A stretch of 63,313 nt of DNA, counting the filler, from Reclinomonas americana ATCC 50394 (Eukaryota): the NCBI GenBank assembly GCA_048213135.1. It is 13 parts of 13 records of this genome, joined end to end, with 100 filler letters (N's around TTAATTAATTAA, not from the genome) between each part and the next. Parts side by side here need not be neighbours in the genome. Positions count along the whole stretch, not along the records: positions 1 to 17,878 come from AFZH01020981.1; positions 17,979 to 22,964 come from AFZH01020983.1; 11 more parts are not named here. One strand, given 5' to 3'. Below the pieces are notes generated by a model. The model did no database searches. It worked only from the letters and a program-made list of their open reading frames with translations, and had not been told where the DNA came from. A program made the translations under genes and the position numbers. Positions 10,939-19,699 of this stretch are shown in pieces. The first letter of the stretch is position 1, and the number at the start of each line of letters is the position of its first letter.

Positions 10939-13900
10939 GACACAAAGGGCGTCATGACGTCGGTCATTTGGTTGTGCAGACATACACACTGCATATGGTA
11001 CATGCACAAGCAACTCACGTTACAGCCGGCTCATCTTCTGGAGGCACTTCGACCTCACGGAAGCGAATCGAGAAATCTCCATAATGGGTCGGGTCATTGA
11101 GCGGCAAGCGAACAGAGTACCCGGATTTCTTGTCGGTGGTGGCGCTGGCGTGGAAGTTGGTGATGCCAAATGCGCCACTGCATGGACACACACACACGCA
11201 CACACACATGCAGAGAGAGTAAGTCCCAGTGATGGTCAACTATCATCACGCTTATAATTATGACGACGAAGCGCAACATTTTCTTCTTAGAGGCACCACC
11301 TTCCTGCTTCGCAGCTGCATGGTCTTTTGCTACTTTTCGAGCACCCTTTGCGGCTCCTTGCCGGAGACGTGAGCGCCGATACGCAAAAGAGCGAATCATT
11401 GATGCTTGCACCCGGAAATCGGCACCGTCCGAACTGCATGCACGCGTGCACACACAAACCACAACAAGGGGGTGGATTGAGCACGAGGAGACATCGTACA
11501 CGCGTGACAAGAGTGGTGGTGATGTGCACAGATAAGAAGACATGATCACGGAGATGAAAATGAGCGGTGTGACTTGTGAAGAAAAAAGAGACCCATGACT
11601 AACATATGCATGACCAACATGCTGATCAGTGAGACAACACCAACTACAGTGCTGATGACAGAAATCACGCGAAGCGATCCACAGCAATGAGCATGCACAT
11701 GTACATCTACCAGTGATCTCGGCGCCAACAAGCCTCTTTCTTGTGCTTTCCTCAACAACAAAGAAACATCACCGATCCACAACAATGAACAGCCACTGAT
11801 CGCAGCGCAAACAAATCTCGCGAGCTCGTGTGCTCTCCTTCTACAGTCTGCAACACAAATAACTGTTCAGAGCGCACCTTGTGGACAGCAATAGTTCACG
11901 CGGATCTTTTGTGGTCGACGATGAGAGCCATACGAGGCTGGCCAGGAGGGCCTGCGTTGCTCCGTCCAGCTGATCGCTATGCGCACTCAAAAGCGAGAGA
12001 AGAGTGTGCACATGATGTGCCCCCCCGGAAACCTTTGCGGCGCTGTTGGTAGCCACTTGCGCAGCGACAACCACATGGTTTGAGATAAACTTCTCAACCA
12101 GGCGGCGCCCTCCTTGTTGTGCTGCAGCTGCTGCGGCAGCTGCTTGTGGATTCTGTGACACGCGTACGCATCGTGTGCATGAGGCGTAAGCACTGCATGC
12201 GCATGCAATTACACAGCAACCACCACCCCTCTGACCCAACGCACCGGCGGTCTCAGATCGTCGGCAAAATTGCGTGCATGCGCCCTACTTTCCGCATCCG
12301 CCAGTGCCGTAAAGCGGGGAATGCACTGAGCCGCACGCTCGAGCATTCCACGTTCGCGGTCGGTGGGAGTGTACGTCTCTCCTTGTCCCGTGGCGATGCC
12401 AAACACTTCAGTTGACTCTTGTGCAATCTCAGCGACGCGGAGGAAGGTGCCCACAAGCAGCGCCTGGTCATCGCAGCCCCCCTCACTGAACAGAGCACCT
12501 GGAATATTCAGCCTTCCTTCCTGAGTGTTTGCGGAGGGAAACGAGAGTCAACATTGCGCATCAGTCACTGCTAACAGAGAAAAGAGAAGAACATCGACAA
12601 CCACCAGACCGTCAGCATGAGTGCGTTGGTTTTCGAACCACAACCAGCAGCGGCATCTTCGTCTTCATCGCCATCATCCGTGTCCGACTCATCGTCACTG
12701 TCCCCCTCGCCATGATCTTGGTCACTGTCACCATCTGCTGCAGCAGCCGTCCGGATATCGTCGATCCGGTCGTCATCCTCCTCCGAAGAAGAGGATGAAG
12801 ATGAAGATGAAGATGATGAATCATCGTCATATTCACAGTCCGACGACGGTGCTGCCGCAGTACGCGTTGTTGGTCGTCGTCGATCTTGCGTTTCTTGTGG
12901 GTGCTCATGGTCACGATTGATTTTCCGTCCAGCACCTCGTGTACCGCGACGCGTACGTCTCCGAGTCGCCTTCTTGTCGAAGCCATCGGCGCCGGTGTCT
13001 TGTTCGCTGCCTTTTGCAACTGGCGGCAACTGTGCATGTGTGTCATGCATGAGGAGTGAGTGCACACGCGCTGCGAGTGTCGACATGCACGCGCGCACAT
13101 CAAACCACCCACCTTCTTGCATTTCTTCTTCTTGCTGTTTTTTGATGGCACAGCAGGGGGTTGAATGAGCACGAGTGGCTCCACCCGACCAGTTGTTGCC
13201 ACACGCTCAGTGTGCGACTTTTCACAGCGCTGTCGCAGTGCCTGCAGCTGTTGATGCGTGCTGTATGCTCCATTTTTTCCAGATGTACTGTGAGGCGTGG
13301 TGGTTGAGTTTGTTATTTGTTTCTACAAAAAACTACGGCACTCCTGCAGCTGTCGACGCGACTTACCGACTATTGAATGCCGACAGCGCACCAGTCTTGT
13401 CCTTCTTCTTCTCCGCCGACCCGCTAGCATCATCTGCAAGCAGATTTGGCGAAAGACCACGTCCGGCGAACACCTTGTGGAGTGATTGAATCTCCCGGCT
13501 CCTGTGCCGCGCCATAGACGCCTGTTTCGTCATCGGCGCCTCGTCGTGGGACAGAATTGCGACGGTGGCAGGGGCTGGTGCACGTGCAACGGCAGGATCG
13601 ACCGCCTCCTGCGTAGCTGCTTGTCGACTCCTGTCGCGATCGGACAGCACACCTCACGAGTCAGCACACATGCAAACAAACAAAACAAGAGGCAATTGAT
13701 TGGCTTCGTGCCGTTGTTCTACGTCTACTTGCAACAGCTGGCGATGCACGATGATTCTTCGCGCACGTGCAGTTTGCCACAGAGTCGACGCCGGACAGTT
13801 GCGTCTGGTGGCCATAGAAAAACAAGAAGAGGTATACCGGTAAGAAGTTTTGTCGTGTATATAAAACAAATCAAATGCAACACAGTTACCTAGCGTGGGC

Positions 13901-15396
13901 AAACTTGTGTACGTCTTCCCGGATCTCTTTCACCGCAAGGGCAAGGCACTCGGCTGCTTCTGTGAGTGTTCCCACAGAGACGCTACTGAGTGAGACCTCA
14001 AGCGGTTCATCGTCTGAGCGTTGTCCACGCCGACGCTGCTTTCCACCACCTCGTACACCACCACCTCCAGCTGCACCTGGTGCTGCAGGTGCTGGCGGTG
14101 GCGCAGCTGCGGGCACCGGCACTGCTGCAGCAGATGATCCGGATGTCGATCCGGATGGCACCTTTGCTGCCTGATCTTTCGACTTCTTCGCCGCACGAGC
14201 GGCCTCGAGTTCGAGCTCGAGTGCTGTGCGCCGTCGCTTCATGTCAGCCGCTGCCACCTCTCGCAGGCAAAAGTCGTGAATGAGGCACAGTGCAACGACG
14301 TGCACAGGAGAGGAGCTCTCCAATGCGATTGTTGCCAGTTTTCGCACGGCTTCCTCTGAGTCCATCTTCATGCATGAGAGGAGATCAAGAGCACGCTGGT
14401 CAGTGTCTACGCGCACGGCGGCCGGCGCCGCGGATCCCGCCAGATGCACATTCCTAGATCCGGAATTCGAAGAGGCACAAGAGAATGCTTGCAGTGAGCT
14501 GTGCAGATCGTCCAAGACGCTCACAAACTGAATCAAGTCGATGTCTTCAACGACGTCAACCTCGCTGTACGTGGCGGTCGTGTCGGTTCGCGGCAATATC
14601 TCAGCAACACATAGATATATATAAAGTGGCGCAACTCCTCATCGCTCCACACATGGATGAGGCACCATGCGCTCGTGATTAGGGCCATTTCGAGTAACTG
14701 CTTGGTCTTGGTGGGAGACATTTCTCTCGCGTTGGGCGACGACTTCTCTTGCCCCAGCGCGAGAGAAGCTCCGGAGAATGGCACCAACATGTTGATAAGT
14801 GAATCGGGAACCAGGTGGAGCCAGTCGCAGCGCGTCTCTTGTTGAGCACGGATTGCTGTGAGTGAGAGATCGAGAGGGATCAATAAGCGGTCAAGCTTAG
14901 AGCATGCGCACATAGTCGTTGCGACGTCGCAGCGCACGAAAACGTATGCGTGTGTGTGTACACTTTAGCTACGCAACTGTTGACAACCTGGTTGAAGCGT
15001 TCGCGCAATGCAAGCAGCCGTTCGTGGAGAAGTACTTCTCTGTCCTCACGCACATTCTCGTATGCACCCCCTTCTGCGCATGCTGCTTCGACCTTTTCCT
15101 TCAGCAGAGACCGCTGTAATTATAACCACATACGCACCACGTATGTGCACCGATGTGAGTGAGAATAGATATATAGCAGGATTACGCTCGCGTGGGCAAA
15201 AGTGATCACCAACGGCACACACCGTCTCACAGAGGATGTCTTGTGGAGTGACATTCTCCACAACTGACGCTATGGATATCGCGTCGGTGGGCACACCTGT
15301 CATGGCCTTGACAAGCGCGCCGAGCATGCCATTCGCCACAGACTGCACCTCAGGAGACTGACTGCTCGAGTCCATGCACTCCAACACACCCCGCAT
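223..15396 (-). CDS. Giant multi-exon Fanzor2/TnpB-like RuvC nuclease gene (manual model: 31 exons, 11,040 nt, about 3,679 aa)
   Basis: Proposed exons 5'->3': 15396-15223, 15113-14978, 14855-14636, 14564-13890, 13804-13712, 13630-13367, 13287-13113, 13029-12645, 12498-12245, 12152-11878, 11433-11278, 11177-11019, 10845-10726, 10630-10369, 10291-9859, 9772-9692, 9449-9333, 9261-8956, 8881-8765, 8703-8362, 8280-7645, 7168-6491, 6435-5473, 5399-5154, 5064-4786, 4723-3554, 3476-3330, 2795-2511, 2419-1562, 1339-1120, 1036-223. All junctions are phase-compatible GT-AG except one GC-AG (donor 13711). Weakest links: 13712/13630, 12645/12498, 8765/8703, 3330/2795. Extra in-frame introns are possible near 1740-1670 and 850-763. 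The confidence refers to the single-gene model; the RuvC call is listed separately. Confidence 0.6.
398..484 (-). repeat. 12-bp coding tandem repeat (KKGG)n in the nuclease C-terminal tail
   Basis: Repeated TTGCCACCCTTC units encoding KGGKKGG...; followed by RKRER and KRRN basic clusters (NLS-like). Confidence 0.85.
6062..6142 (-). repeat. 6-bp coding tandem repeat (GCCATC)n encoding a Gly-Asp run
   Basis: About 13 units within exon 6435-5473; translates GDGDIDGDGDGD... Confidence 0.9.
7169..7644. repeat. Low-complexity CAA/ACA-rich tract filling a 476-nt intron
   Basis: Degenerate (CAA)n between donor G|GTGAGC at 7644 and acceptor TATCAG at 7169 (minus strand). Confidence 0.7.
9347..9400 (-). 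repeat. 9-bp coding repeat (KGK)n, NLS-like
   Basis: CTTGCCCTT units; translates AKKGKKGKNGKKGKKGKKDK in exon 9449-9333. Confidence 0.85.
10550..12380 (-). CDS. Putative TnpB/Fanzor WED-REC lobe within the giant gene
   Basis: Ordered resemblances by eye: TYTPTDRERGMLERAAQCIPRF (cf. TnpB N-terminal YPTxxQxxxLxxxxGCxR), FRVQASMIRSFAY (cf. PxxIRxxA helix), ITNFHASATTDKKSGYSVRLP (cf. FxxxFKSKK...SIxIP), HHVRLFF...NISIPV (last WED strands). Individually weak, but in the expected order over about 300 aa. Confidence 0.55.
10847..10937. repeat. (TG)n microsatellite, about 45 units, intronic
   Basis: Pure dinucleotide run abutting the acceptor at 10846. Similar TG/CA/GA runs at 21910-21956, 50466-50491, 56642-56696, 58950-59002 and 59558-59592. 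Confidence 0.95.
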
Positions 15397-15572
15397 TAGT
15401 TGCTGACGTCGACGCTGACGGCTCGTTCCATGCGAACTCGAGCCTGCCTCGTCGAGCTCATGCTCAGAATGGGTGTGTGTGTGTGCGTGCTCATTGAATT
15501 ACGTCAGAGAGCGAGTGAGAGTGTCTATTTTTGAAAGATTTTTATTGTCTTGCTCAGCTTGTTCGAAATGGC

Positions 15573-17878
15573 TCAGACCTCTCGTCTTGATTTCGATGCC
15601 TGAGTGTCGATGAAGGTGACACCGCTGTGGATGGCCAGTGAGAAGCTGTACTGAAGACGGTCAACAGTTGGCAAATACGATGCAAGGCCCGTCGATGTAC
15701 AAGTCAAGCCGAATGTACATGTGCTGACTGAGCCGCTCTGCAATGAACCCACTGTCGTCACACTGCCACCGCTGATCACACCGAATGAGCTGACCGAGCT
15801 GCCCTTCAATGTGCCCACAGTCGTCACGCTGCCGCCGCTGATCACGCCGAATGTGCTGACCGAACTGCTCGAGCTGTGCAATGTGCCCATTGTCGTCACA
15901 CTACCGCCGCTGACCACACCGAATGTGCTGACTGAACCACTGTACAAGCGAACCCACTATCGTAACCGCCGGTTTCGACGCAGTCGCGCCGATCGCGACG
16001 CACCAGTCAGAGTCTGCGCAGAGATGGCAGTCGACGCGCCAGTGGCAGTCGTCCACGTGAACGCAATCGCCGTGCCAGTGTTGCTGGTCACCGCGAAGTT
16101 GGTCTGGTCGTTCGGCACCTGGCCCGTCAGCGCGTTGTTGTTGAGGCCGTTGCCGAGGATGCCGTCGCAAAGGTGGCCTGAGGTCGACGTGCCAATGCCG
16201 TTGATGCCGCGCACATCGATGAAGTAGTTGGTGGCGTCAGTGAGGCCGCGGATCACAGCCTGCTGCACCGAGGTGGTGTTCTGGTCAGTGTGTTGGCCGT
16301 AGCCGCGCGCCACGACACTTGCCACTGGTTCACGAAGCCCTGGCCGCCAGCTGTCTCCTGCGCTGACCCCAGCTGAGCCAGATCGAGGTCGAGCGCTTGA
16401 GCAGAAGGTTCGACGACAGCGACGTGATGCCGCTCGGGCGCACAGGCGACGTGGCCGTGGTGATGGTGATGGCCGACGCAGACCAGGCAGTCTGGTAGCC
16501 GTTGAACGACGCCACGCCAATGCGGTACTTGGTGTTGGAGGTGAGGCCATTCACCAGCAGCGACGAGGTGGTCGAGCCGAGCGAGCCAATGATCTGGTTC
16601 ACGAACGAGTCCGGCACAAAAGTGGTCGAGGTGACGTTGGTCAGGTTCTGCACCAGCACCTGCACGCCGACAAAGTTCGCGAAGCCGTCCGAGGTGGACA
16701 GCGAGTACTGCGTGCCCGACACAGTCGACGGGGTCGACAGCGTGAAGGTGGCGTAGCCGGAGCCAGTCGTACCAGCCGAGCCGCCAGTGGTCAGAGCCGG
16801 CAGCGGGTACGGGCGCACAATCGAGTTGGCAATCTGCGACAGAGTGCCCGACTGAGCACCGTTCTGCGTCGAGGTCACACCAGAGTCCGAGCGGGTGTTG
16901 GTGGCCTGCACGGCGTAAGTGTACGACTTGCCCGGAATGGTCGGGAACGAGTAGTTGGTGGTCAGTGTCGTCCACGTGTACGTGCGGTTGCAGTTGTTGG
17001 TGTTCTGCGTCACAATGTAGCCGTTGATCGACGTGCCGCCAATGCCAATCGGCGACGCCCACGAGATGCTGGTGATGGTGTCCTGGTAGCAGTTGCCAGA
17101 GAAGCCCACACCGAGGGTACCAGCCACAGCAGCGCAGCCGGCGCTCGAGTTGGTGCCGTGCGAGTTCGCAATACCAGCAGCCAGCGTCGGGGCGGCCGGG
17201 GCGATCGGAGCATCATCTGTGTGGTAGGGGAGAGGGGAGCCGTGGTGGATGAGATACTGATATTCAAAAGAAGCAGATGGTTCCCTTCTCCCTCTCCCAC
17301 TACCACTCCCCTCTCCTCTCCTCTCCTCTCCTCTTTCTTTTCCTTTCCCTTCCCACCCCGTCCCCTCCCCTCCTTCCCACTTTCACGCAACTGGTGTTGT
17401 GAGTGGTCTGAGTGATCGGGCCAGCAGCCGTGGCCGAGTTGGTCGACGTGGCGGTGGCGTACACCTGGTACGTGTACGACGTGTTGGCCGTCAGCGTAGT
17501 GTCGGCAGTGTAAGCAGCGGTCAGCGCCCAGCCAGTCGGCAGGGTCACCGTGCCCACAGACACCGGGGTCGCGCTGCCCTGGCCGCGGAAGATGGTGAAC
17601 ACCGTCACTGAGTTAGAGCCAAAGTTCTGCGGGATGACCCACTGCAGGAAGATGTTGGTCTGGCCGTACTGCGTCACGACCAGGCTGGTCGGCGGGTTCG
17701 GCACGACGCCAGAGGCAGCCGGAGTGGTGAAGTTGATGGCAGTGCTGAACGCGCACGTCACCGGGTTGGCAACAGTGCCAGCCGGGTTGAAGGGCGAGGT
17801 CGGGAAGGCAATCGAGAACTGGTTGCTGGCGCAGATCTGCAGGTTGACCGAGGTGCCAGCCGGCAGGCCAGTCACGTC
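15573..17878 (-). CDS. Fibronectin type III repeat, Thr/Ser-rich extracellular protein (3' part; apparent frameshifts)
   Basis: Several FN3 units (PNPPTSL...LQW.P...YTYQVYA; ISWASP...YTYAVQATN; GLTSNTKYRIGVAS; GLTDATNYFIDVRG); intron from 17391 to about 17217; strongly biased codons; frame changes near 16370, 16285 and 16000-15950; C-terminal 20-aa repeats. The 5' end lies in the gap. Confidence 0.75.
15700..15945 (-). repeat. About 60-bp coding tandem repeat GSVSTFGV(I/V)SGGSVTT(V/M)G(T/S)L, 3.5 units
   Basis: Directly visible in ORF 15573..15947. Confidence 0.85.
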
Positions 17879-17978
17879 NNNNNNNNNNNNNNNNNNNNNN
17901 NNNNNNNNNNNNNNNNNNNNNNTTAATTAATTAANNNNNNNNNNNNNNNNNNNNNNNNNNNNNNNNNNNNNNNNNNNN
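17879..17978. other. Artificial scaffold linker N-TTAATTAATTAA-N (first of 12)
   Basis: Identical 100-nt linkers with six-frame stops at 17879, 22965, 28260, 32598, 40799, 47740, 50163, 52032, 54482, 56471, 57915 and 61287. BiP, WDR41, TMEM260, the TPR gene and Brr2 continue colinearly across linkers, so contig order looks real but gap sizes are unknown. Confidence 0.98.
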
Positions 17979-18039
17979 TAGGTTGCGAATGGTTCGACTC
18001 CATGGCAAATCACGTACGCTGGCACGCAGTCTGTCGAGT

Positions 18040-18260
18040 GGAACGGAATAACAACCCCCAGCACAGGTTATCACCGGTGGCAGTGTGACGACGGTCGGCA
18101 GCATGCAGTCTAGAACTGGTCTCGTTTGATTAGCGGCGCCGATGGCAGTGTGACTGCGGGGATCGTGCAGTCTGGTGGCCATGGCACTTTCAGCACGTTC
18201 CGCTTGATCCAAGGCGGCAGTGTGACGACGGTCGGCAGCTTGTAATCCAGCACTGCCATC
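18040..18260 (+). pseudogene. Degenerate copy of the GGSVTTVGS repeat array
   Basis: VITGGSVTTVGSMQS (from 18067) and GTFSTFRLIQGGSVTTVGSL*S (from 18183) match the 15.7-15.9 kb repeat but contain stops and indels. Confidence 0.7.
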
Positions 18261-18466
18261 AGTTGTGGCGTGAATCGCGAGCTCACAGTGCCAGACGCAG
18301 CATGCCCTGCCGCCGATCAGTGTTACGTAAAATTGAATGAACAATTTGGTCAACATCAGCTTTCCATACTTTCCTCGGGATCCAATGGGCAAAAACCCAA
18401 ACGAAGCGGTGCTCCGTGGATCTCTAGCGATTCATAACTCAGAACATCATCCAGAACTCCGGGGAG

Positions 18467-19567
18467 ATGCCTGCAACAAGTGAGCACTTCAAGGCCGCTG
18501 TCCTGTCGACCAAACCTGTGCTTTGCCCGAGCGCCGTGTGTGAGATGGACGAGCTCGATCTCGCGCGTGTATGTACCGACTTCTGTGAGCATGTGATGCC
18601 ACTGACACAGCCGTCGGATCCATGCGCCAGTCGTCGTCGGCCCCCCGAGACGTCGTTGGTAAAATGTAAGCTGATCGCTTCCGCCGTGAAGTGCGGCATG
18701 GCGCCAGAGGTGGCACACAACCTGCATATCGCCACGCTCGTTCGCGATAAACTCCTCCCTGGTGAGCTGCGTGGCGTGGGCAACAAAGTGCGCTTTGCAC
18801 TGCGCCTAACCAGCGGCGCACGACCCGACAAAGTGTCGTTGCGCTGCAGCGATAGCGGGAGACCTCGTGGACCCGGCGGCTGCGTGGCGATACTCGACAG
18901 CGATGGTACGCTTTGCCGCGCCCGTGCCAAGAGCGGCACCAGCAAGTGTGCCGCACATGCTGGGGCGCGAACGGCATCGAGTGAGGTTGTTGGTGTCTCC
19001 GCTGCAGACTGCCTTCCGGTCGCAAGGTCACGCGCACAGCTGGCTGTCGATGTGGCCGTGGCCGAGTTGAGTGCTCTGCAAGCCCGGGGTGCAGACGGCC
19101 GCACTCGAACTGCGCGCTTCAAACAGTTGTTGGACGCGACTCAGCATCGCGAAGTGGCAGCTCGACGGGCGCTGGCGGCCATCTCTGCCGGCGATGGCAG
19201 CAGCGGCGATGCTCAGTCGACGTCTCGAGGTGGCGTGTCTGCAGCTTCTCACGAAACACTGAACTGTGACCGCGCCGCCCGCGCAGCTCGATTCGGTGAG
19301 CGGCGAAGAGAGTATGTCAAGGTGATCCGAGCGACGGCCCGCACGCGTAGACGGAAACGCGCGGCATCAGTGGCCGACGGCGCTGGCGAAGATGGTGAGC
19401 CGGAGAGGAAGAGACGAAAGGCATCACCGACACTGTCGCTCATCAAGAGGAGTGCACGCACTGACGCTGAGTTTGCTTCTCTTCGACAACCTCGAGAGCT
19501 GAAACACACACACGTACATGTAACAGCTCGAGAGATGCGCGCGCGTCGTCGTGCTGTGTCGTTGTAA
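18467..19567 (+). CDS. Intronless hypothetical basic protein (366 aa) with a C-x10-C-x10-C-x2-H zinc motif
   Basis: Long ATG ORF; CVAILDSDGTLCRARAKSGTSKCAAH; RRRKR and RKRRK NLS-like clusters; AT-rich tract after the stop. Confidence 0.55.
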   Translation: MPATSEHFKAAVLSTKPVLCPSAVCEMDELDLARVCTDFCEHVMPLTQPSDPCASRRRPPETSLVKCKLIASAVKCGMAPEVAHNLHIATLVRDKLLPGELRGVGNKVRFALRLTSGARPDKVSLRCSDSGRPRGPGGCVAILDSDGTLCRARAKSGTSKCAAHAGARTASSEVVGVSAADCLPVARSRAQLAVDVAVAELSALQARGADGRTRTARFKQLLDATQHREVAARRALAAISAGDGSSGDAQSTSRGGVSAASHETLNCDRAARAARFGERRREYVKVIRATARTRRRKRAASVADGAGEDGEPERKRRKASPTLSLIKRSARTDAEFASLRQPRELKHTHVHVTAREMRARRRAVSL

Positions 19568-19699
19568 ATATATATATTATAATACAAACTTCTCTGATTC
19601 ATACACCACAGCTGCAGTGATCGCCAACAAGTCTCGTGTGCTTTCCTTCTGCAACTAAACCTGTTTTAAGCGTGTCAACGTTGTCGATGTTGAGAATAA

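Noticed and set aside
10508..11100. HTHTHT/CVCVCV ORFs as metal-binding proteins (also near 21,900 and 58,950)
   Set aside because: Translations of intronic (TG/CA)n microsatellites.
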